Below the pieces are notes generated by a model. The model saw only the letters and a list, made by a program, of their open reading frames with translations. It searched no databases and was not told the origin of the DNA. Of a DNA stretch of 64,000 nucleotides, positions 39,166 through 51,183 are shown piece after piece (position 1 is the first letter of the stretch; each line of letters begins with the position of its first letter). The position numbers and the translations under genes are program-made. Source of the DNA: Syncephalis fuscata S228 (lineage: Eukaryota > Fungi > Zoopagomycota); contig JAHLTZ010000057.1 of assembly GCA_025786725.1 (NCBI GenBank), forward strand, positions 1 through 64,000, given 5' to 3'.

Positions 39166-40012
39166 CACACGTATTCTGTGCTGCTGCTACACTATAGCAG
39201 TCAAGTAAATGCTACTAATGGCTGTATTGATATTCAACGTATTGAAGTAGAAAAGAGGCGATGCCAATGATCTCATCTAGTTCGCTGTTACACTTATTGA
39301 GTTATAGAAAAATAAAAGCTGGTTTCATATCGTTCGATTAGTCCAGTCTTTTCCTGTTGAAGGAAGCAGATAGAAAATGGATACATTAGCGGTATGTATA
39401 CGTTCAGTCTACCTATCAATCAAGTCGCTCCGCTCAAATAACCGATTGTAAAAGTATGCTTGTCCCAATATGGTAAATGACACATGGATATCCAATAAAC
39501 TACATCATAGAAATATCATTTCTGTAACAGTAGTCATTCATATGCCTGCACTGAATGTACGCAGTGCATACATTGTTTTATTTTTTGTAAACACAGGCAG
39601 AAAACAGGCTACTTCTGTATCTGCGTTACTGTGCTGGTCATGCTCGACAAACAAGGCTTGGTCTAAATAAATACACGATTCTCGAGAGTTCCCACGGCCA
39701 TCGATGTACTACTCCGTTGTGTTCCGTTCCTCTTTATTTCGTTTCTATTTTAACACTATCCTCTTGCCATCATTGACCAACCCATTACTACTGCAACTAC
39801 TGCAACTGCAACTACTACGGCTACTTGTTTTCCCTTATTATCATTGTTTTCTGCTATTGACCACCCTTTAACTTTGCTTTAACCATAGCCTGATCATCGC
39901 ATTTGCTGCTTTTTCCAACTCGATTTACTGCATTACAAATATTATATATACATTCTCAGCTTTCGTCTTTATTTCTACTGTGCGTGTGATTCGTGTTTCT
40001 ATTATTGCTACC

Positions 40013-40791
40013 ATGTCAAAATCATCGACTGCTGTTCCAGTTCCAAAAGATCTTGACGATCTGGTCCGTCTCCTCCGCCTGGAGCTGGGAGAACATGGCC
40101 TTGATTCAAAGGATATTGATGTAGCACGTATCCAACAGTTGATGGCCAATTATGCTTCTTGTGACGACGATTGGAAGAAGTATGCCATGTTTGACCCGTA
40201 CCGCTACACGCGCAATTTGGTCGACGACGGCAACGGCAAGTTCAATCTACTTATTCTTGCTTGGGGCGAGCAGCATCAGAGTGCCATTCATGACCATAGC
40301 GACTCGCATTGTATAATGAAGATCTTGGACGGCGAGCTGCAGGAGGAGCAGTTTGAGTGGCCAGAGACAGGCTGCGACGAACCGAACTGCCCAACTATGA
40401 TGACGCCGGACGCAGAGGATGATCAAGGAGCCATGTCGCTAATAAAGTGTTCAAATTACAAACGCGATCAAGTCACCTACATTCATGGTAAGTGGACAGT
40501 TAATTTATTAATATTAAGGAAATGTTGTTGTAGTAATAGGCTGCCATGCATTGGCTATAATATTCATTCATATACTAATTTGTGTGTACGTATTGTTAAT
40601 TAGATCAAATTGGTCTGCATCGTGTAGGCAATGTAGCATCGGGTAAAGGTGCGGTATCACTCCACCTTTACACACCACCCTTCGATATGTGTCGTACATT
40701 CTGCGAAGGAACTGGCAAGGCACGTGCTAGTGGCTGCACCACTTTCTACTCTGTCCATGGCAAGCGAGTACATCATAACCAGAAGGTGTAA
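40013..40791 (+). CDS. CDO1: Cysteine dioxygenase type I, 2 exons
   Basis: YTRNLVD, SAIHDHSDSHCIMKIL (His-x-His plus crosslink Cys), GLHRV, SLHLYTPP. Confidence 0.95.
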
Positions 40792-43700
40792 GCATCACGT
40801 AGTGCTTTTGCTTTCTTGTTTATGTTCTTCTAAGCCATCATCGGCAGGATTAGAGCTTGCTGGTGATGTGCAACGTATTTTGCAATTGCGTAATACATCC
40901 ATTATTTTTCATTTTTTCATTATTCGGTTATATGACTATTTTTATCAACAACAAAGCTTATTGTATGATATATTTCGAGTCATTTAGTTGCTTTAAAAGT
41001 GCAATCTTGGCAAATTAATCATGTGTTCAATAATAGTAATAATACTGCCATGTTGGCGCGTGTATTTCTGTTCAGCTACATGGTCTAGCTACAGATGGGC
41101 GATCCATCATAGTTTACCTGTTTAATTATAATAGCCGATGCATCTTTATGCATTTTGGCTTTGTACTGCGAGAGAGAATCGGAACAACCTATGATATTTA
41201 TTAGAATTAAAGCGTTGAAAGACATACAATCTATATTTATTTGATATTATTTTTACTTCATTGTGTATAGTTTGCCAAATCAATTTAAGGCTTATTAATT
41301 AACGCTTCATTGTTGCTGTCAAAGCTACGCCAAGAATACCCGCTGCATGGTGCGTACAAAGTGATTTAAAAAGCCGAGATATTCTTTGTAGTAGCCTCGC
41401 CTATCTCCTTTGCATTGTAGTGATGCTGAACTGCTGATACGCGTCACGTCAGATCATTATATTGTTACCTGCCCCTGCCATGACATACTGCCAATGAACA
41501 GTAGTGCCATCGCCTATCATTCTACTACACGTAGCCCCTTCTGTTGTCCTTGCCTTGAACGGCATCGACACGCACAGTCAGTGAATAAAAATATGCCTGA
41601 ATGGGTCACCATACTTTTAACTGGTCTATATCTGTTCTTTGGTCTACCCCTTTAAAAGCGCCTTTGCATCGCTGGACAGCTACCACCAGTGTCTTGCCTT
41701 CCTGAGCAATTAACGACTTGAGCCCGCACATTTCTCCATCCGTCTATTGCTTATCTTTTTTAGCCCATCTATCTGGTATATTTTAGCACGTCCAGTTGCC
41801 TAAATTGATTCCACGTGTTGCCTATACATTATATTGATTACATGACTGTTTAGCGTCGAATATCCACAGAATTGGATACTCAGACAATCACCCACTGGTA
41901 GGTAACATTTTCTGCACTTAATAATAGCAATTGTCTATGCTACTCGTCCAACGTTCGTATTACTGGCATTAAATACGTCGTGGAATCATTCAAGCTGTTG
42001 TAGATGACTGCGATAATGATTGTGTATTTTCCACCTATCTTTTTTACTTATACATTTTTGTACATTCTGTGTTACAAAGCCGAGATAGTCTTTCCAATAC
42101 TATTGGTGCTAATCCGCCTTGAATATGCATTTGCCTGCACATATAAACTATTTCTCGTTTCAATCGTATTTACTACATGAAACGTGTTCTATATGAGCCA
42201 GTCGCGATTTAATACTATTTTAATTAGCTTGCTATTTTTATGGCGGGCGGAGTAACATTTGCACTATCTTGCGTATTAAAACTCCGGAAAGCGCAAAACC
42301 ATTAATTTATTGAACACTTTTCGCGTCGACTTTCTATGTTAACATGCATGTGGCATGTGTGCTTTTCATGGCTTCTACTGCACATTGCGCCATGTTATGT
42401 GAATGTCGCACTGGCCGATAGATGCAACGGGGATAATAACAGGCTTATTCAGGTATTTTGAACTTCATACGTTCAGCCGTCGCATATGTGTTTACTTTTA
42501 TGGTATGGTGTTGTGCGTATTTGTGTAGCCAATATGTCACTGCTATTGTTCTGGCTATTGCCATTATTATCGTGCCATCATCGCCACACAGTTGACAGGC
42601 AGATTGTTAAGGGGACAAGGCTTTGTCTGAATCATCCATCTCATTGTCGATGTTATTATAGGTTCCTTAATCATGCAGAGCGGTCATTCAGCGTTCCTTT
42701 TCCAACTGCTATAAACCCCATGTATAATTGCACGTGCATTAGTTGATCTCCGCCTTGAACTTTATAACAGACAAGAAAATCTCTTCTCTTCTCTATTCTC
42801 CAGACTATTTACGCTCGCAGTTTTGATATTTGTGCACATCCAACATCATTATACCTTGCTACGATACACGTGTTTCTTCAACGTAGACCTACCGTGTCAC
42901 CAGTTGATATCGATTTCCAATCCATGCCACAGCCATAGACCATACAGCACGGTAAGTACACGCCACTCTTTGTCGGCTTTCGAGCGATAGAGTATATTGC
43001 CATGGTCGATATTATGCAAATCGCAACATCACATGGCCTATAACTACCTGATTTTACACTCATAATAATTCATTGGAGTCGATTAAATATTTACTCTCAC
43101 GCATGCCGTTATCGAAACATGTGATGTTTTGCAATGGCACTAGAAATACTACGTGGTGCGCAGTGCTATTTTTTATTACGTAGTATGGATGACAGACTCT
43201 CACGCAACAGTTGCACTTATGTTCGCATGTATCTGCTCGCTTATCTTGTTCTATTAGCGACCATATGAAATGTGCAGCGCTCCTCTCTACTGTCTGGTTG
43301 TACAATGTGGAGTGGAGTTCGGCAATTGAAAGCAGCAGTAGTGATGATGATACTACTACTACTACTGTATCATTACGTAGCATGTGTTGTTGTCACCTTT
43401 GCATACCTGTATTTTGCATACCTATTGAATAGTGAGACAAATAGATGGACAGACAGACAGACAGACATATGGATAGACACACGAATCTGCAAGTATACAC
43501 ATGCATATCTAGTCGCTCGTCGTTACATCATAATTCATTAGATGTTATTATTGACATTGGCTAAGCATTGCGATAGCGAACATCAGCGTAATTTGATATA
43601 ACGTGAGATGCTATTTTACTATATGAAGCTGCCGTTTCAACACATGTAATTTTACTACTTTACTTTATTCCTAATATTCATTCACACAACTATCAGTAGC

Positions 43701-43971
43701 GAACTTTTTAGACACTTCTTTGTAAGACAGTGCTCTATCAAATCGTTTATCTTGTTTTTTTTTGCGTTTGTAAAGGCTTTTTTTGCCAAGGTTCAAGGAC
43801 TCGATCATCCTATTAATTAGGCCTTGATACTTTACAATCATATTATAATAATCGATTGGCCATTTAACACGCATTAATACCATTAGCTTACACACTATTT
43901 TCATAGGTTTATTGATACACAGTTTAATTATTTCTATTAAACCATCGATCAGTGATTTGTTTTTGTATACA

Positions 43972-45534
43972 ATGCCATGCGGTAAACTCTTTTCCCAGAA
44001 AGATACAATGACTACAGCAATTACAGAAGTGTCTGCCAAGTCTAGCATGCTATCAATGTCTACAGCGGTCACATCCGCCAATGCATCACAATTTTCTCTG
44101 CCGCGCACTACAAGATCGTCAATGGCGCATACATTTATCGGCATGCATGAGCGATCACAACCATTGTCAGAACCTACACCGACCCGCCAGCGAAGTGGCA
44201 AGAAATCACGCGTAGGTGCTACTCTTCGTTCGGCCGCAGGCTTGTTTAAAAAGTTTTGTGCACCTATTATTTCAATTTCAACATCAAAATCATCCAAAAA
44301 CAAAAGCACATCACCTCAGTTAAAACGGAATGTCCGAAATAGCCAGCACTTTGTCTACAAGCCAAATCATCGCCACCAAAGACGCTCATCGGTATTCATA
44401 AACGATACTACTGCATCTGCGCCTGTTATGCTCCCATCTAACGATGACACAACAGATACAGCAGCAGAGGTCTCGTGCTTTTGCGCGTTACACGGCGCAG
44501 TTTCCACGGCATTTGAACATCATCCTTGCTGTCCGCTGATCAATGACTCACCACTAGCCAGTTTAGCCGCTAACTGGCCAGTACATACATCCGCTTTAGA
44601 ATTACCTGAAGCAATCCATCTTAGCACTCGTCGAAGCATTTCTGCCACTGGTTTGGCTGAACGTTTACGTTCATGGAAGCCGCGTGGCCATCGCTCTCAT
44701 GTACGATCTCAGTCCCAGCCGTTTTCGCAGTCCCGATGGAGAAATGCCCAGTTTTTAACGGCATGCTACAACGATCCAACGGGCCCAAAGGTCTGGACTG
44801 ACGATGTTGCGACCGTTGAGCCCACGCCTCGACGCGGTGGATCGTTAGACTTGCCCAGAACAGCCGAATTGTTCTACACTTTGCCACCCAAGGCGCAACG
44901 CCAGCTATTTTCGCCCGAAGAACGTCTAGTACTTACAGGACGACCAGACAACGCTCCACTCCGCAGGCGTACAAGTCAGCATTGTCTTGCTGAGCTATAT
45001 CAGCTATCAAATCAGCACTCATCCAACACTGCTTTGCACTATTCGTGCAGTGACTCATCAGCTTTAGAGCTTGAACTCAACGATGACGCCGAGTCCACTC
45101 GATCATTTTCAGCCGATTCGTACTTTTGTTCATCATCTATTGCAATTTCAAGGCATTCATCTGAAGAAATCTACTCCATAAGTAACTCGACTGACGAAGA
45201 TGCATTTTATTATACAGGCCATTATAGTCGAGAAGATGCAGTACCTGTAAATATTGCACCATTACATCAAAGAAATATTTCAACATCAGCATCATTCAAT
45301 CCAAGCAATACCCGTAGCGTGGCGTTATCCTCTAGCCAGGAACAAACAAGCAGTCTGTCGGACCGACACTATCACTATAATGATAGTCGAGTGCGTCGTA
45401 TGCTACGACGGTTTCGATCGCGCCAGCGATTTGACGAAATGCTTTGGTTTGGCTTTGCTGGCGAAGAGGAAGGAGAAGGACGTACGCTAACGGTACGCGT
45501 AACTCTTACGCCCGATATGCTTCAGGCTGAGTAG
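43972..45534 (+). CDS. Uncharacterised Ser/Arg-rich, largely disordered protein with short conserved-looking blocks, intronless
   Basis: 520-codon ORF at elevated GC. Blocks LPPKAQRQLFSPEE, YNDSRVRRMLR..RFDEMLWFGF and RTLTVRVTLTP resemble an unnamed fungal family (recollection). Confidence 0.8.
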   Translation: MPCGKLFSQKDTMTTAITEVSAKSSMLSMSTAVTSANASQFSLPRTTRSSMAHTFIGMHERSQPLSEPTPTRQRSGKKSRVGATLRSAAGLFKKFCAPIISISTSKSSKNKSTSPQLKRNVRNSQHFVYKPNHRHQRRSSVFINDTTASAPVMLPSNDDTTDTAAEVSCFCALHGAVSTAFEHHPCCPLINDSPLASLAANWPVHTSALELPEAIHLSTRRSISATGLAERLRSWKPRGHRSHVRSQSQPFSQSRWRNAQFLTACYNDPTGPKVWTDDVATVEPTPRRGGSLDLPRTAELFYTLPPKAQRQLFSPEERLVLTGRPDNAPLRRRTSQHCLAELYQLSNQHSSNTALHYSCSDSSALELELNDDAESTRSFSADSYFCSSSIAISRHSSEEIYSISNSTDEDAFYYTGHYSREDAVPVNIAPLHQRNISTSASFNPSNTRSVALSSSQEQTSSLSDRHYHYNDSRVRRMLRRFRSRQRFDEMLWFGFAGEEEGEGRTLTVRVTLTPDMLQAE

Positions 45535-45907
45535 TCGCTTAACAACATTTCGCTTTTTTTACTATTAATATTATCCAAATACCGCCTACAATCTCCCTTT
45601 CCGCGATACGTACTGTAGAGTTTTTTCTGTATTTTTTGTTATGATTTCCGTTAACGTTCAATTCGATTTATTAAATAAATTTGCAAATATTACACGTAGT
45701 TTATTGATGCTTTTATTTTTTCTATAAATAGAATTGATCAAGCGTAGTAACAAATGGCACATTTAGTATTTTACAAGTCGCTACAGTCTTACTAATGCTT
45801 TTTTTACCTTTATTAAATAAGAGATAAAAATAAGCTGCTTTATTTATTTGACATCATTACAATTTTAGTCATATATGTCTATTAAATAAAGCATATTTTA
45901 GTTTTTA

Positions 45908-46567
45908 TCATTTATCATTATTTTGTTGATTCAATGCTTGAGCCTCTGCATCTTTTTTGATACGTTGGCGCGCATCATCAAGTATTTGTCGAAGTTGCGC
46001 CACATCTTCGGCGGGTATTTCAACCAGTGGTTCTTCAGTTGCTGTACCATCTTCTATGTTGTTTTCTTGCTTTTCTGCCAAATCACTGGACTGTAGCCAT
46101 GTTACTGACTCGCCTTTTTCTTTCATTAAATCTTCTACAGTAACTCCTTTGTCGCGGAACCAGTCGAGATGGTCGGCGATAAGATGCTTTGATTTGCACC
46201 CATCGCACTGAATAATTACAACGCCAGAATAATAAGCCTTTTTTGATAAATGGCAGGCTTGACGGTGTCCACATCGATTACATGTAAACGCAAGAAGTAG
46301 ACGGCCCTCTAATGACTTTCCAGAGTCTGTTTCAGCAATGTTTAATTCGCTATTTGCTGGTACTTTGTTCGTCAATACTGCATGTTGGCTAAAAAAGCGT
46401 ATTGGTATTTGAATGTGGTTTTTTAAGCATTGGTTACAAAGTGGTTTCATTACGGCCAAGTGCTGTAGATGACGTATAGGCATTTGCTTGCCTAGTGCAG
46501 GCAGCGTTCGTCTAATACTGCCCGAAAGTGCAGCCGCGCGAATGACATTGTGTAGTTTAAGCAACAT
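45908..46567 (-). CDS. ZIM17: Mitochondrial DNL-type zinc-finger Hsp70 escort (Zim17/Tim15/Hep1)
   Basis: FTCNRC..SKKAYYSGVVIIQCDGCKSKHLIADHLDWF. Basic presequence-like N-terminus. Confidence 0.94.
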   Translation of the reverse strand: MLLKLHNVIRAAALSGSIRRTLPALGKQMPIRHLQHLAVMKPLCNQCLKNHIQIPIRFFSQHAVLTNKVPANSELNIAETDSGKSLEGRLLLAFTCNRCGHRQACHLSKKAYYSGVVIIQCDGCKSKHLIADHLDWFRDKGVTVEDLMKEKGESVTWLQSSDLAEKQENNIEDGTATEEPLVEIPAEDVAQLRQILDDARQRIKKDAEAQALNQQNNDK

Positions 46568-46891
46568 ATTGGAACAATAACAAGCTACTGGTCAAATATT
46601 AAATTGTTTCTAGCTTAGTGATGCTTTGAAATGGTGCAAAATATTTTATTTGCAATTAGCTGAGTCTTTTCATACCGAAAATTATAGCTTTATAGTTTAT
46701 TAAAATACATAATAATAGCTTTATGATCTAATATGATCATCGTCAGATATTTGGTTTAATTCATATTGCACGCTTGACTCGTTACTCTTTATCTTGTCCT
46801 CATATTGATATCAATGCAACTATCAGTGTAGCATCTAGAAAGAAACGGTATAATATTTAGTATTTAAACTTTATTTGTTTAAATTATTCCA

Positions 46892-48095
46892 TTACAGTGA
46901 TGAATAGAAAACGGGTTGTTTAGTTTTGTTAGACGTTTTTTGAAAATGTTCAAGTAGCATCTTATTGTACAGCTCTGGCTCTTGAATGTTAATAAAATGT
47001 CCACAACCTTTAAATGTCTTCAATGGCACACGCAATATTCTGGCCATATGTTCAGAATTTGCCGGAATGATCAGGCCATCCCTATCGCCTGTGCAGATTA
47101 AGACAGCAACATGAGTATTGCGAATGGTAATCAACTCTTCTTTAGATACGAAATGATTTGCTGCTGCTTTGGTTTGATGGACTATTCTGCTTTTATCGAG
47201 TTCTTGAGTACGTAGCAGATACTGTAATTACGTATTAGTTACGATAATATTGCTGACGGTATTTCTCACCTTATGCACCCATTCTGAATTTAGAATGTTT
47301 GGGTCCTGTTTGGACGGTGCATTTAACCATTCCTAACAAATATTAATTAGTAATCATTAAAATATAAACTAGTTTTAACTCAACTTACTTCAGGAAATAA
47401 CAATTTCGTAATTCCTGGCGCTTTCTTAGCGCAAAAAATATTACGTGAAAATACATTCTATTTGTAATCATTTACTATTAGTACATGTTCAACTAAAATA
47501 CACCAACTTACATATTCAGCATGCGAGTTTATCGCCGTGCTTGTAAAGCAGACTGAGACAAAATACTGAGGATAATGAATCACTAACAATTGGGCAATCA
47601 TGCCACCCATACTCATACCAACAAGATGGACATTTGATTTCCATCCCAAATGGTTCAAAAGCTCAATAACGTCTAGCCCCATATCCATAATGCTAAAAGC
47701 AATCCTTATCAGTTGATAGTAAACACTAATCAACAAGGTACTAACCTGCATTCTCCGTCTACTCGATCTATTATACCCATAATAATTAGCACTCTAGTCA
47801 TCGATTACTTATTTTGTTCATTTACCTGATTGTCCTATACCACGGCTGTCAAATACACATACTTGATATCCTCTTTTAGCAAAGAAATCGGCCTGGTTTA
47901 AACAGTTTTCAATTTTATTGCCACGACCTAGACATTGTTAGTACAGCTAAGGCGCTATTTTGTATTATAAATACCCTGGATAAATATAACATGCTGCGAG
48001 CCAGTACCGTGTAGTTGATATACAATGTTAAATGGCTTTGTGCCACGGGTTGTAGAGACCTGGCAAACGCCTTGGATTAACCTAGTAGTGGACAT
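46892..48095 (-). CDS. Alpha/beta-fold hydrolase, multi-exon
   Basis: VFDSRGIGQS, HLVGMSMGGMIAQ (GxSxG), TGDRDGLI, GCGHFINIQEPE. Confidence 0.88.
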
Positions 48096-49506
48096 GTGTG
48101 TAAAATAGATATTTATAAACAATAAAAAGTGCTACTATTGAATCCATTTTATCAAGACAGATGCCTACATTTATATCCTAGGAAATGGACAACTGAACAG
48201 ACAATAAGCATGCGATATGAAAATGTGCAAATTTCCTCATACCCAGCAGCAAGTAGAATCTGCATTGAGTTTGGTTGGTATAAACACTGCAATGCAGTAA
48301 CTACAAGGCAGCTTGCAGATAATAGTCATGGATGCATGTAGCTTCCGAACAAATAGTTTGGGCGGACTGCTAATTGCATCAAACTGCATATTTCCTACTT
48401 TTGCCTATATTTTGTATATTTCTCTTGTTGATACATTGACCAAGCATGCACTACAGATGACTTGATATAAAATAGAAACAGAGATATGGCTTTATTTAAG
48501 TAATGGCTTTTTGGATATTTACTAGCTAAATCGCCATTATGTGGTGGAAATGCTAGTTCACCACATTTACATATGCATATCGGTACAAACAATGCATAAT
48601 AAACCAGAATTAATCCATAATCATGTGGATAAACTATACATGTGTTTTCAGAATTTAGCTATGCAATTAACACCCGGATGTATTCGGTAGATTTATTGAA
48701 ATGAAATGTTATCATTCGGTTAGTTGGTCACATTAAATGCATTTTAAAGCACAGTGCAACTCAATAAAACATATACTGTAAATTATAATGGAAAGCTAGA
48801 TATTATGAAGGTTCATTCAAACATAATGGTGTTTTATACACAAATTTAAAGGCTGCATTAAGGCTTGGTCTAGATAAGCATGTTGTGCCACATGTGATAG
48901 TTGTCAATTTTCTTTTATTCAGAATGATGCATTGATATGCAGAATAACAACACATGATTATAATTTGAGGCCGGGCTGATGTCATTGGTCTATCTATTTG
49001 TTTGCTTTTCAAGTTTATTGCACACTTTAGTTCTTAAAACTATCCACTGATTCACTGCGCATGTAGCTGTATTTAACTGATTTCTACTCAATGCTGAGGT
49101 TAAAATGCAAGTGTTGTCATAATAATTGTATTATTGTTGCTTTAGTAAATCAGTAGACCAATGCTTAATAGTACGATTTTTAAGGCAATACACCGTCATA
49201 CTCTTTCTAAGTCTTTATCTTTAAATTTGACCAAATAGTTTACACTTTACGCTTTTACAATTACCGTTAAAATGTGTCGACAAATAAACTGAATGTGCAA
49301 TAGCAGACATGGCTATACTAATTCGCTAGTTTTATTTCGGTGTAATATTAATAAAGCTTTATCTTCTTTATAACCAGTACCTAAAGGGGTCTTTGCATAT
49401 TGATGTTACCATTACCACCATTGAATCCCATCACTGCCAACAGAACAGTAGCCCTATATAATTCCATTATCTTGTTTTTTTGTTTAAACATTATTTAGTA
49501 TTAAAT

Positions 49507-51183
49507 ATGTCGATTGATAGCTTGCCAGATAATGTCATATGGCATCCGGCTCCGTTTCTTTCTTTGTATGCCTTAGTTAAATTGGCGGGAACAAGTCATC
49601 GATTTCATTATTTATTAGATAGTGATAATAGCCATCTTTGGCAAACTATATACAAAAATGAGTTTTCTATCTGGGGTCAAGAAAGTAATTTGATAATCTA
49701 TTTGAATGAAAAATTTAATGGTAATCTAGGTGCTTACTGGGCACGTCGACGTCTGAAGAACTGCTGGAAAAATGGGTTTGAAAACTGGCCACGTATATCT
49801 TGGAAATGCCCAATAACATCTAGATTTTCAATCGGTGCCTGTAGCGTGAGTATGGCGGCAGTGAGAATGGGCGGTGGTGCTATTGGTCTATTTGAATATA
49901 GCAATCCGACCTATAATTACGCATCCATAAATAACAGATTTGAACAATTTGTACCAACTAAGATTTTGACTGTTCCTGAGTTGGTTCAAGAGCTGATTGA
50001 GCTGGATGCAACCAAAAATATTAAAATAACTGTAGAAGAAAAAACAAAAGAAAGCGGACCATGGACATATCAAAGAATCGTACTTTTTAACAATTACATT
50101 GTAGAATTTGCAACTCGAGGAGCAGATCCACCATTATTATTACTGTGAGATAAAAAGACAAAAGTATTTAAACAACATTTATTTGGTGGATCTTTAAGAA
50201 ATATTCAAGTAAATAATCATATATTGATGGGACTGCGAGGAAGGGACACTTTAGCTGCTTACAATTTACTGGCACCGCCTGATCAGTGTCAAAAAGTAAT
50301 TCATTGCATTGATTATTTGATCAGCTCAAATCCACAGCAAAACAATTTGTTTTTATTATTTGATTCAAACAGTTGCTACAGTTCAAGGCTTAATACAATA
50401 AATGATAACACAGCAGATTCTGATGAGCCGTCTTTGAACGTTGAGGAATCAAACAAATATTATATTTGTTGGCAGATTTGGGATTTATCTCAAGAGCTGG
50501 CGTTGGCAGCTGATGCCGACCCGGACTTTGTTGTGGCCACTACATCAAGTTCTATAGTTGATGGCAAAACTCAGCTGCCAATAAATTCTATAGGTTGCAT
50601 TTGTGAAGGTCAGCTGATTTCTGATACTGTAGCTATTTTTTGGGGATCGAGTAATGACCAGCAACACCGGCGTGCTGAATGGATAGTTCGGTGTGAAGCA
50701 TTGACTAATCAACCGAAATGGATATATGAATGCCCATCCAACATTTATAAAGTTACTCCAATGCCCGAATATAATCTTATTGTTATATCCATGGACATAA
50801 AATGCTTTATTTTAAATCTGTTTACCGGGGGGCCAAGCGGGACAATACGGTTACAAAACAACGGTCCTTTGGTTCATCTATTAGGACCACTGTTTATTCA
50901 AAATCACGAAACAGATGAGGCAATTACACTAATAGACGTGGCTAAGCAAGCTGTGCTATGGCATAATATTTCCTACAAATCGTTATTGCAACGCAATGTC
51001 ACGGGCAATATCAATTCAAATAACTTGTCTGCCACAGTTTCAAATCGTAAAGGATTGTTGGACTTATACAGAAAACCACCAATTAGAATGGCTTTTAGTT
51101 TAACTCGGTTATTATTACAAAATCACCAAATGATACTAATGGTGTATTCACTTTGCATGCCCCAATTTAATAAAGAGGACTAA
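49507..51183 (+). pseudogene. F-box protein with probable beta-rich C-terminus; in-frame TGA at 50146 and 3' end cut by repeat insertion
   Basis: MSIDSLPDNVIWH..FLSLYALVKLAGTSHRF is an F-box. Both ORFs share a frame and the gap is open apart from one TGA. The final stop lies inside the repeat copy. Confidence 0.65.

Noticed and set aside
43671-44309. 212-aa antisense ORF
   Set aside because: Shadow of the plus-strand gene with no independent motif.
46155-46185. DHL instead of DNL in ZIM17
   Set aside because: Minor variant; zinc ligands are intact.
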